A stretch of DNA of 64,000 bases, taken from NCBI GenBank assembly GCA_964016885.1, contig OZ024742.1, positions 207,018,001 through 207,082,000 on the forward strand, read 5' to 3'. Shown here in pieces: positions 13,501 through 23,889 of the stretch (its first letter is position 1; each line of letters opens with the position of its first letter). The translations under genes and the position numbers were made by a program. The DNA is from Eledone cirrhosa. Taxonomy: Eukaryota. The notes beneath the pieces were generated by a model, which searched no databases, was not told the DNA's origin, and worked only from the letters and a program-made list of their open reading frames with translations.

Positions 13501-13548
13501 GTGAATAAAGAGACTTACGGGAGCGAGCAAAAAGACGTCCAATCACAT
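10508..13548 (-). mobile_element. Tx1-clade LINE copy A (both termini, large internal deletion)
   Basis: RT and CCHC fragments homologous to copy B (QGCPLS, AYADN, GRAEVANAYI, CPRYAQGDETVL, VNGPALSMRL). ORF2 is fused at ~13047 to a Thr/Asn-rich ORF1 start. AATAAA plus (ATT)n tail; 5'UTR hairpin at 13391-13414. Confidence 0.9.
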
Positions 13549-13817
13549 CAATAATGATTTCTTTATTAACCACAAGGGTTTACATAAAGTAGACATTAAG
13601 GACAGTGCAGGACAATGCAGGACGGTACAAATGGGCATTTCTGCGTGTAAAAAAACAAAAACAGAGGATGTAACAAAAATAACAATGAAAATAACAATGA
13701 AAAATTCCCCAATAGGGGGGAGACTTCGGAGGGACATTTGTGGAGAAAGCCCAGTAAAAAGCCACAATGACCCTGACCACCAAGGCAAGTGCCCTCTCCC
13801 AGTTTTCCACCTTTAGT

Positions 13818-16800
13818 TTACAGATATATACTCAGAGTCGGCCCATTCACTCGGGCCATTCTTGCTTCTCTCACCCATCTTTCAACAAAATGCTGGGAAG
13901 AGAGCACTTCCCTCTCTACTCTGATTTTCCTTTTCAAATGAAATTTGAAAAAGTCAATCAGAGCATCACCGAAGAGGTAAGTGCTCGTCTTCAGCCCTTT
14001 CAAACGTGTCCACCATACTATCTCTTTCGCCATGGCCACCAGACAGATAAAAACTGCCTGCCCTTCCCGGCTAAAGGAGGAGGGCGGGGCAATCCTCACG
14101 ATAGACTCAGATGATAGCTGGATCCGTCCTAAACGCGACAGCAGGTGTTCGACATAAACCCACAAGTCAGCAATTTTCGGACACTGGACGAGTGCGTGCA
14201 GGACGGTTTCGTCGCCCTGCGCGCATCTCGGACATGCCCGGCTGACGGCACCTCCATGCCTGTAGAGTTTATCCCGAACTGGCAAGGCTCCTCGGTAGCA
14301 CTGCCAGGCCAGAGATTTCTGGAAGTTGTCCATAGGCCCTGGCCCGAAAGTTCTTCCGAAGAGATTGGCTAGTTGATTTTCGTCGACGCCTAGAGTTTCC
14401 CCAAGTACGTCGTCGCTCTTCCCCTCCACTAATCCTCTATAGAACGCCGAGGTGGAGTTTCCACCGATCACATTGCCCGATTGGTCGAGGGCTGTGAGCG
14501 CCTGAAGACATTCCAGTCTCCAGGCGCTCCCTCTCGGTCTTCGCTTGACCCAGGACTGCAGCTCCGTCAAGGAAACGAGCTGGGGAAAAACGCGTCTAGC
14601 AAACGGCGACCACACCTGATCACCGTCGAGGAAGAGGTGGAGATGTCGTAGCCTGAGCGCGTGCCTGCGCATCATCAGCCACGGCATGCCCAGCCCTCCA
14701 CGTAGCGGGTGTTGACAACAGATGGACCGCCTGACCATCGGAGCGCGTCCCTTCCACAAAAAGCGAAAGAGCAAACGCTCCAGCACAGTCAGGCGAGGCT
14801 TAGGACAAGGTACGACGGTCAGGCGGTAGCAGATGACGGACGCGATGTACGCGTTAGCCACCTCCGCTCGACCTTTCAGGGATAGCTTCCTCTCGGCCCA
14901 TTTCTGGGTGAGAGAAGCCACCCTGCTCGTCACCTCGTCCCAGTTTTTGTCCGTCTGGAGGTCCGGACCGAACCAGACCCCTAGCAATTTAACCGGTCCG
15001 TCCGTCCAGCGTCCGACGACGCTGTTGGACGGCATGGACCTGCCTCTCCAGGTGCCGAGCTGCAGGCCCACTGACTTTTCCTGGTTGATCATTGCTCCTG
15101 TCACCGCTTCGTATTCTCTTAGTGTAGTGCCGATCGCCTCGATGTGTTTGGCGTTCGACACCACTACGGTGACATCGTCCGCATATGCTGATACGGATCT
15201 TCCGCATCCTAGTTCGCGCGGGACCCCCCTCAACGTCTCCAGTTTGTGCAGTAATGGCTCGAGAGTCAATACGTACAAGAGGGACGAGAGGGGACATCCT
15301 TGGCGGACCGAGCGCATGATGTTGAACGGTTCCGACAGGTGACCGTTCACTCTCACCACAGAGCAGATGTCGCTGTGCATGGCAGCGATCCAGCCTCTGA
15401 AGACGGGCCCAAAGCCAGCCGCCCTCAGGACTGCCGCTAGGTAACGATGGTCGACCCTATCGAAAGCTTTCGACTGATCTAAATTGATCAAGGACCCACC
15501 CGTGCCAGGTTCCCTAGCTACCCTCTCTACGATGTATCGCATGAGGTGGAGGTTGTCGTGGATGGATCTGTCGGGAATGGCGCATGTCTGCGCCTCTCCC
15601 ACCAGACCACCAACGACAAGCGCCAACCTCTTTGCTAGCACCTTGGCCAAAATCTTAAACTCTGTGTTTAGCAGAGTTATGGGCCGGAAATTGTCTATGT
15701 TATCCTCCTTGTTCGGATCCTTTCTCAGCAGTGCCACCGCTCCTCGGCTCACAGAACTGGGAATTCTCCCGTTCTGTTGCCAGTTGCAGTAGACGTCCGC
15801 CAAGAGGCCTCCGAACAAGTCTGGCATCTGTACGTAAAGTTCATAGGGCAGACCATCCAAACCAGGCGATTTACCCCTTGTGCAGCCAGTCATTGCCTCC
15901 CTTACTTCAGCGGCTGTTATCGGCTTTTCGCAACACTTCGCCTCAGTGGCCGAGAGCCGCGGCAGTCCGTCGAGGTAGACACTAAAGTCCATCCCTCTAC
16001 CCGGCCCACCGCTGCCCCCGAACAGCTGAGCGAAGTGTCGCTGAAAAGCTTCACACATTTGCCCGGGATCGAGTAGCATGCGCCCGTCGTGGTCCACCAA
16101 AGACCGGATCGTGGCTTTGTTGCCACGACGCGCCTCCGCCACTCGGGCCCATTGAACGGCTTTCGTCCCCTCGTGTCTGAGAGCACGCACCCTTGCTCTG
16201 ACAACGCAGCCTTCGTGCTTTGCATTGAAGAATTGGTCAAGGGCCAATTTCGCCGCAAGCACGTCGGTCGCAATGCCTTTGCTAAGCGCCTCGTCTAATT
16301 TTCTAACTAGTTCTCCCTCTGCTCTATTTTTCTCTATTGCTAAAGCCTTACTAAATCTAATCGATTCTATTTTAATCGCTCTTTTCAGAGCAAACCACCA
16401 CTTGTTGTTGACGATGGCCCCCGTCAACGCCCGCTTAACTAGTTCGCTAATCCGGTCTCTGTAGGCCTTGCGCGCTGGTAAGGACGCGTTTAGCTTCCAG
16501 TAGCCGGGTCCTCGTCTATGAAGCCTATCTAAGTCAAGCACACAGATCACGAATTTGTGGTCCGTGTAGCTGACTATCTTGAATTGTGGACAGCCTATGC
16601 TAGACCTATCTATTTCCCTACAAAATACTCTATCTAGTTATGATCTGGATGACCCTATGCGGTTTGTCCAAGTCCACATTGGCACATTCGGGAAATCCAA
16701 TCGGTACCTGTCAGACAGTTCAAAACGCCTGAGCAGGTTGGTGAGGCTCTTGCACCCTCCACCCCTATCCGCTAATCCCACACAGTCCCAGCGTGCATCT

Positions 16801-17237
16801 AAGATCCCGTTCCAGTCGCCCACTAACACTAAAGAGCGCGACGTTCCAAGAAAGGTCTCCAGACGCCGGAAGAAATCAGGCCGCCCTGCTCCTGTCGGGG
16901 CATAGACGGCCACTAGCCTGAAAGCTTGCCCGTCTCCGCTGGTCACGTCCAGCACCACCAGCTTACCCTCTGGGTCCAGGAAGATGGCCCGTATGGCGAG
17001 ATCCAAACCTCTCCGAAAAAGTACAGCAACTCCTCCACCGGATCCAGGACGGCTGGGAGATGCGTACACATCGTAGCCGCCGAAGATCGGTGCGAAGGCC
17101 CGTGCTTCGGAGATTCTGGTCTCGCTGATGGCCACTACATCTATGTTTAGTGACCTGAGGTCGTTGAGCAGGTGACCCTGCTTCCATGACGACCCCAAGC
17201 CACGTGCATTTATGCTGCCTATTCTGAGTGAGGTCAT
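13818..17237 (-). pseudogene. Tx1 ORF2 (APE endonuclease, reverse transcriptase, C-terminal CCHC), ~1139 codons, one in-frame TAA at 16638-16640
   Basis: The 199-aa and 910-aa ORFs are in the same frame. APE motifs: SINARG, ISET, VYAP, GDWN, S*LDR, TDH. RT motifs: SPGLDG, RPITLLN, DQSKAFD, RQGCPLS, YADD. C-terminal CPRC...H...C. Confidence 0.93.
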
Positions 17238-17272
17238 GTTTAAAATAGAGTGGAAAAGATGGGAAAGACCAC

Positions 17273-19369
17273 TTACCGTACTTTTGGTAGAGGAGGGATG
17301 GTTTTTACATCCCTTTTCACTTGATCGTCTGGTGAAGGGACCGTTGAATCGTCCCTTCGGCTGGTCGTCGGCTCTTCTAAGAGAATGTCTGAGTATACTC
17401 TTCGATTGATGGTTCCTCCTAGGTCCCTGAAATCACCAACTGCGTTGGGGAATTTCGTTTTAATATTTGTGTATTGTTTCTGTGCTATCTTTAGCAGTCT
17501 TATGTTAGTTGGCGTTTTGATTGGTGCTGGTATTATGTAGTCCTGTTGTGAAATGTCTGTGTGTTCAATTATGTAAGTCATTAGTTTCTTGTTGTGTGTA
17601 TTTATTGCCGTGCATTTGTTTTTCTGGGGGTGGGGTGTGGTTCTGCTATTTTCTTGTCGTTGTTGCTGGGTGTGTGTGTTTTGTTGTTGTGTTTGCGATG
17701 TTGGTGCTTGTGGTGGTGGTGTTGAAGGTGTTGTTGGCGGTGGGGTTGTCGCCGGTGGTGATGGTGGCGCTAGTGTGGGTGGTGATGGTGTTGGTGTTGT
17801 TGCTGCTGTGGGTCTCTTTGCAGTAGACTTTACCCTTTTCTCATTTCTTTCCTCCCTTTTCAAAGGCGACGATGCGCTGCTTCTGCGTTTGTGCCTTCTT
17901 ACGACCTTTTGCCATCTCTCTCCCACCTCACACTCCATGTCTGATTCTGTGAGGTCGGGGAGGGGTACCAACTCCACTCTTTCACTTGTTGTTGTTGGTG
18001 ATGTTTGCACTGGAGTCTCTGTTGCAGCTGCATTTGGTATTGCTGTTGTTGTTGTTAGTATTTCCACTGCTGCTGCTGTTTTTGATTTCCGTGGAGTGGG
18101 TATGGGTGCCACGGGCCTATCGTTCCTGGTTGCCGCTTGTCCTGTTGCTGGTAGCCGTGGAGCCGGATTCGGAAGGAGGGGGGTTTTCTCCTTTCTCAGG
18201 GTCTTCTCGTTGCAGAAGGCCCTGAGGTGAGTCTTCGATCCACAGCGAAAGCATTTCGGGCGTTTGCCCTCAACACTTATGGGCAGTTGAGTGCCGTTAT
18301 CGAAGTCTATCACATCCGGGATAGCTTCGATGCACTCCTGGTTGGTTTGGATTAGCATCTCAATGGAGGAGCCGACCCAATATTCTCTTACTTTTTTCTG
18401 TACTTGCAGTACAGTTGTTTTGTCCTCGATTCCGACGAGGACAGACGCGGCCAGCCAAGAAGGAGTCATTCCGGGGGGGACGTGGGTTAGTTTGACCCTC
18501 ACAATTTTTTGCCCACAGTAGGAGGGCACCAACACCATTTCCTCGCTCCTTAGGGTCACTACTGATTGGGCCTTTGCCTCCTGGGGTGTGGCAAAAAGTA
18601 CGTCTACGGTGGCATATTTTTTGCCTCGGGTGATGTGCGTTTTCCGCTGCCACACAGACCCCAAGGCTTTTTGTATTTGGGCCTCTGTGGCTCTTTCCAC
18701 CCTACGGGATTTTGTACTTACTGTACGGTACGTGACCGTACAGTGCTCTTGGGTTTCGAAAAATTTTTTCGCTGCCTTGCAGATTGCTCGGTGTCCGTTC
18801 TTTGTCACCATCTTCTTCGCTTCCTCTAATTCCTCATTTGTTATGAGGATTGTTTCCAAGTTTTTCGCAATACCTGCAAATGAGATTGGTTTTTCTCTGC
18901 TGTTGTTGTTGTCGTCAGAGCTGCTGGTACTTTTGTTGTTGCTGCAGGTACTACGACTACTGCCTCCGCCGCTGTTGCTGTGGTTGTTGTTGGTGTTGCT
19001 GCTGCTAATGCTGTTGTTGTTTATGCTGCTGGTGATGCTGTTGCGGCTGCTACTGTTGTTTTCATTGTCACTGTTGCTGTTGTTATTACGGCTGCTACTG
19101 CTATTATTCCTGACGTCAGACGAATGAACTGGGTTTTCGTATTTCCCGCACACCTGTTTCGTCGCTGTCGTCGTCGTCGTGGAGAAACTTTGCACGCTTT
19201 GCACGAGACTTTTCTTTTCTTTCGTCACTTGCGAAAGAGAAGGGAGGGAGAGAGACACATTTAAAGAAGGGAGGGAGAGAGACAATCTTCTCTCTGCTGT
19301 AGTGATGATTGAGGAAGAAGAAGACGGAATGAGTGGGAGTGACGTATGAAATTTCTTTTTCGTAGCCAT
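17273..19369 (-). CDS. Tx1 ORF1p, 698 aa
   Basis: Open frame with a Ser/Asn-rich N-terminus, RRM-like middle region, zinc knuckle CFRCGSKTHLRAFC (CX2CX4HX4C) and a Pro/Thr-rich region. Confidence 0.9.
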   Translation of the reverse strand: MATKKKFHTSLPLIPSSSSSIITTAERRLSLSLPSLNVSLSLPSLSQVTKEKKSLVQSVQSFSTTTTTATKQVCGKYENPVHSSDVRNNSSSSRNNNSNSDNENNSSSRNSITSSINNNSISSSNTNNNHSNSGGGSSRSTCSNNKSTSSSDDNNNSREKPISFAGIAKNLETILITNEELEEAKKMVTKNGHRAICKAAKKFFETQEHCTVTYRTVSTKSRRVERATEAQIQKALGSVWQRKTHITRGKKYATVDVLFATPQEAKAQSVVTLRSEEMVLVPSYCGQKIVRVKLTHVPPGMTPSWLAASVLVGIEDKTTVLQVQKKVREYWVGSSIEMLIQTNQECIEAIPDVIDFDNGTQLPISVEGKRPKCFRCGSKTHLRAFCNEKTLRKEKTPLLPNPAPRLPATGQAATRNDRPVAPIPTPRKSKTAAAVEILTTTTAIPNAAATETPVQTSPTTTSERVELVPLPDLTESDMECEVGERWQKVVRRHKRRSSASSPLKREERNEKRVKSTAKRPTAATTPTPSPPTLAPPSPPATTPPPTTPSTPPPQAPTSQTQQQNTHTQQQRQENSRTTPHPQKNKCTAINTHNKKLMTYIIEHTDISQQDYIIPAPIKTPTNIRLLKIAQKQYTNIKTKFPNAVGDFRDLGGTINRRVYSDILLEEPTTSRRDDSTVPSPDDQVKRDVKTIPPLPKVR

Positions 19370-19604
19370 GTTGTTTTTTGTTTAAAATGAATATTGGGTA
19401 CAAAACCCCAATAACTGGTTATTTAGCCCCGAAGGGCCAAATAACGGACAGAAAGACCCCTCTCACGAGGAGGAGGGTGTCTTTATCAACAATTTGGTTC
19501 AAGTTTTAAACAATTTACAATTGTTTTAACTGTTAAAAATTACTATACCTTACAGAGCCGAGCCTCCGTCAACCATGGCATTCAATAATAATAATAATAA
19601 TAAT

Positions 19605-20128
19605 ATGCAAAGTAAACAATTTACCACATTCTGAGAAGTGGTATGAGCATAAGCCAGAGGCGGTGATAGAAAACGATCAGGTGAAGGTGCTGTGGGATTT
19701 TAGGATACAGACGGATAAGAAACTGGAACACAATAGACCTGACCTGGTGGTTTTGGACAAAGAAAAAAGATCGTGCCTGATTGTGGATGTGGCCTGCCCA
19801 TTCGACACGAGAGTGCAAGAGAAGGAGAGGAAGAAAATTAACCGATACCAGGACTTAAAGTGGGAGGTAAAAAGGATTTGGAACTGCCATGAAGTCAAAG
19901 TGATCCAGATTGTCATAGGCGCACTAGGGACTATCTCAAAAAGTCTCCAGGGATGGTTAAAGAAAATTGGCCCCTTCACGCTTTTTGGAACGCTTCAAAA
20001 GGCATGCTTGCTGGGAACAGCAAGAACCCTCCGATACGTCCTGAATATGTGAGGCTGCAGGTAGTGGCTTGATATTCATTTCAACAAACTTTCCAGTTAA
20101 CTAACATCAATGACTGAGACTCAAAGAG
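19605..20128 (+). mobile_element. R4/Dong-type RLE retrotransposon 3' fragment
   Basis: Restriction-like endonuclease motifs LWDF.IQTD..HNRPD...IVDVACP...KINRYQDL; near-identical to 21915-22436; ends in (TAA)n. Confidence 0.9.
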
Positions 20129-20135
20129 TAATAAC

Positions 20136-20186
<51 letters not shown>

Positions 20187-22434
20187 TGAAACTCTTAAGG
20201 GGCAAGCCAAAAAACTAACCAACTGGAAATCACCAGGCCCAGATGGTGTGCAGGGGTATTGGATTAAACATTTAACATCCCTCCACCCGAAGCTGACGGC
20301 CATGTTCAATGACTGCTTGGTGTCGGGTGAGGTGCCAGAGTGGTTGACAAAAGGTACCACAGTTCTGATAATGAAAGACCGAATCAAGGGTAATGATGTT
20401 ACCAACTATAGACCTATCACATGTCTGCCCGTAATGTGGAAACTGTTGACGAGCATTGTGTCTGAGGAAATCTACCATCACCTCCACACAAACAACTTGT
20501 TACCGGACGAACAGAAAGGATGCCGAAAGAAGTCACGTGGTACAAAGGACCAGTTGCTTATTGATAAGATGGTAATGGGGAATTGCAGGAGGAGACACAC
20601 TGATCTTGCCATGGGATGGATAGACTACAGAAAGGCATTTGACATGGTGCCTCATTCCTGGATCACCAAAAGCCTGGAGATCTTCAGGGTGGCAGATAAC
20701 ATCAGACAGTTGCTGGGCAGGAGTATGGGGTCCTGGGAGACAGAGTTGACATCAACTGGAGTATCCTTGGGAAGCGTGAAGATCAAGAGAGGTATCTTCC
20801 AGGGAGATAGCCTGTCCCCTCTGTTGTTTGTCCTTGCCCTGATGCCCTTGACCATTATGCTGCGAAAAGTGAGAGCAGGATACAAGTTGGGAAGGGGAGA
20901 GCTTACCATCAATCACCTCCTCTTCATGGACGATCTTAAGCTCTTCGGGAAAAGTGAGAAGGAGTTGGATGTGCTTGTTGACACTGTCCGTATTTTCAGC
21001 AGTGATATATGTATGCAGTTTGGTATTGGTAAATGTGGAGTCATTGTGATGAGGAGGGGTAGGTTGAGCAGAAGTAACGGGATCCAGATACGAACAGGTG
21101 AGATGATAAAGGAAATTGACTCTGAGGAAGGATACAAGTATTTGGGCGTTCTGGAGGCTGATGGCATAAAGAACAAAAAAATGAAGGAATTGTTAAGAAC
21201 TGAATACATTCGGAGAGTAAGGAGCGTATTGAAGTCACATCTGAACAGCAGAAATGCCATAAGCGCAGTAAATTCCCGAGCTGTGTCTATTATTAGGTAC
21301 AGTGCGGGAATTCTGAGATGGAATGTTGCTGAACAAAAAGAAATGGATAGGAAGACTAGGAAGCTATTGACTATCTACAACATGTTCCACAAGAGGAGTG
21401 ATGTCGATAGACTCTACCTAAGGAGATCTGAGGGTGGAAGAGGTCTTATCAGCATAGAGGACTGTGTTCAGATGGAGAAAAACAACCTATACAAATACGT
21501 GACCTATAGTAAGGAGCCAATGCTCAGAGCTGTACTGAAGGAGGGGACAGTAGGCCAGGGGATACCCAAGGAGGAAATAACATCAAGGAGGAAGAGCAGC
21601 CTTAAGGGAAAATCCCTTCATAGTACCTTCTTTGAGAAAACTGAATTTAGAGATCCACAGACATGGAACTGGTTGAGAAGAGGAGACCTCAAAAAGGCTA
21701 CAGAAGGAATGCTAATGGCTGCGCAGGAGCAGGCCCTCAAAACGAAGTGGTTGAAGCACCATATCTACAAGGAGGAGGCTAGCCCACTGTGCAGGATCTG
21801 TGGAGAGAGAGAGGAGACTGTGGCTCACATTGTGTCCGAGTGTAAACACCTAGCCCAGACCCACTATAAGGGCTGGAGACACGATGTGATGGGCAGGGTG
21901 ATCCACTGGCACCTGTGCAAAGTAAACAATCTACCACATTCTGAGAAATGGTATGAGCATAGGCCAGAGGCGGTGATGGAGAACAGTCAGGTGAAGGTGC
22001 TGTGGGATTTTAGGATACAGACGGACAAAAAACTGGAACACAATAGACCTGACCTGGTGGTTGTGGACAAAGAAAAAAGATCGTGCCTGATTGTGGATGT
22101 GGCCTGCCCGTTCGACACGAGAGTGCAAGAGAAGGAGAGGGAGAAAATTAACCGATACCAGGACCTAAAGTGGGAGGTGAAAAGGATTTGGAACTGCCAT
22201 GAAGTCAAAGTGATCCCGATTGTCATAGGCGCACTGGGGACTATCTCCAAAGGTTTCCAGGGATGGTTAAAGAAAATCGGCCCCTTCACGCTTTTTGGAA
22301 CGCTTCAAAGGCATGCTTGCTTGGAACGGCAAGAACCCTCCGATACGTCCTGAATATCTGAGGCTGCAGGTAGTGGCTTGATATTCAATCCAACGGACTT
22401 TCCAGTTAACCAACATCAATGACTGAGATTCAAG

Positions 22435-22436
<2 letters not shown>
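20187..22436 (+). mobile_element. R4/Dong-type RLE retrotransposon, 5'-truncated (RT, CCHC, REL)
   Basis: NWKSPGPDG, YRPITCL, QKGC, DYRKAFDMVPH, GIFQGDSLSP, FMDD, CRIC..H..C, RHD and PD-(D/E)xK motifs. Open except a 1-nt deletion near 22307. Flanked by (AAT)n. Confidence 0.92.
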
Positions 22437-22471
<35 letters not shown>

Positions 22472-22488
22472 TATAATAATAATAATAA

Positions 22489-22730
22489 TCGTGCCTGATT
22501 GTGGATGTGGCCTGCCCATTCGACACGAGAGTGCAAGAGAAGGAGAGGGAGAAAATTAACCGATACCAGGACTTAAAGTGGGAGGTAAAAAGGATTTGGA
22601 ACTGCCATGCTTGCTGGGAACAGCAAGAACCCTCCGATACGTCCTGAATATCTGAGGCTGCAGGTAGTGGCTTGATATTCATTTCAACAAACTTTCCAGT
22701 TAAATAACATCAATGTCTGAGACTCAAAGA
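22489..22730 (+). mobile_element. Third short 3' fragment of the same R4/Dong family, internally deleted
   Basis: Matches 22081-22200, then jumps at a CATG microhomology to the terminal segment; AAT tail. Confidence 0.88.
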
Positions 22731-22752
22731 ACAATAATAATAATAATAATAA

Positions 22753-23839
22753 AACTGCAACAATTGGATTATCTACATATCTAAGGGAATCACATGATTG
22801 GATGATCAAACTCGTTTTGAAACACGAAAGCATCAAAAGATCATACTCCATTACACAAGATGCACAAAGATACAGTGATGGACTACACATTTCAGAAGTC
22901 CCATTTACTGCTGAAATGGAAAACACAGAAAAGGCAAAGCAGGTAAAAGTAACTGCAAAGAAAGAACTGCTACAGAAACTGGCTAAGAAATGGCAAGAAA
23001 AGCCTCTGTATGAGGCTAACAATCCTGATGTTGACAAAACTTTAACCCATCAGTGGTTGGCATCCTCTGGACTGAAATCGGAGACTGAAGGACTGATTAT
23101 ATCAGCACAAGATCAGTGTCTGCCAACAAAAAATTACCAAGCCAACATAATAAAAAATGAATGCAGCCCATTATGCCGTGTATGTAAAAAACAACCAGAG
23201 ACGATTGATCATATAATTTCAATGTGCAGTCCTATAGCTCCAACCGAATACCTAAACAGACATGACAGAGCTGCACAATACATACATTGGATAATGTGTA
23301 AGCATTTTGACCTGCCCCATCAAAAGAATTGGTGGGAGCATCAACCACCTCCCATACTTGAAAAAGATCACATCTCAAATAGACCTGATATAATACTGAA
23401 GGACTTTAAAAAGAGGGTATGTGTGCTAATTGATATGTCCGTTTCAATAGACAAGAATGTATCTATAAAAACATTTGAAAAATTGAGCAAGTATAAGGAC
23501 CTGGAGATAGAAATTGAAAAAATGTGGAAATTGAGAACTAAAACAATACCAGTGGTTTTAGGCGCTCTAGGAATGATACCTAAGGAGTCTAATGATTACT
23601 TATCGGAAATCCCAGGAAACCCGCGTATAGGAGAAATACAAAAGATAGTACTAATGGGAACTGCCCATATACTAAGGAAGATTCTGTCAATATAAGTACA
23701 TCACAAGTCTAAACAGCTAAAGATGCATGTGTGTGTATGTATGTTCTTTCTTGAACAAGGCGGACCTTGTTGTCTCTTGAGGTCACTGGTTGTGACTTGG
23801 TGATAACTCGTATGAACATAAAGCAAGATAAATGCAGCT

Positions 23840-23842
<3 letters not shown>
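22753..23842 (+). mobile_element. Second R4/Dong-type family, 3' fragment
   Basis: ORF 22802-23695: ETEGLIISAQDQ, CRVC..HIISMC, RHD, NRPDI..LIDMS..KLSKYKDL; ends in (TAA)n. Confidence 0.88.

Positions 23843-23889
<47 letters not shown>

Larger units (their letters stand above)
13555..19583 (-). mobile_element. Tx1-clade LINE copy B, full length (~6.0 kb)
   Basis: 5'UTR, ORF1, short spacer, ORF2 (APE-RT-CCHC), 3'UTR with AATAAA and an ATT tail; flanked by AAT repeats. Confidence 0.95.

Noticed and set aside
16638-16640. Programmed readthrough in ORF2
   Set aside because: Copy D has TAT (Tyr) at the same position, so a simple nonsense mutation is more likely.
17521-19264. Long plus-strand Leu/Val-rich ORFs that look like membrane proteins (also 12890, 25462, 30235, 32693)
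   Set aside because: Antisense shadows of low-complexity Tx1 ORF1 regions.
20110-20186. N-terminus of the 747-aa ORF (MTETQRVITIIII...)
   Set aside because: Read-through from the previous element's 3'UTR and AAT tail; the element itself is 5'-truncated.
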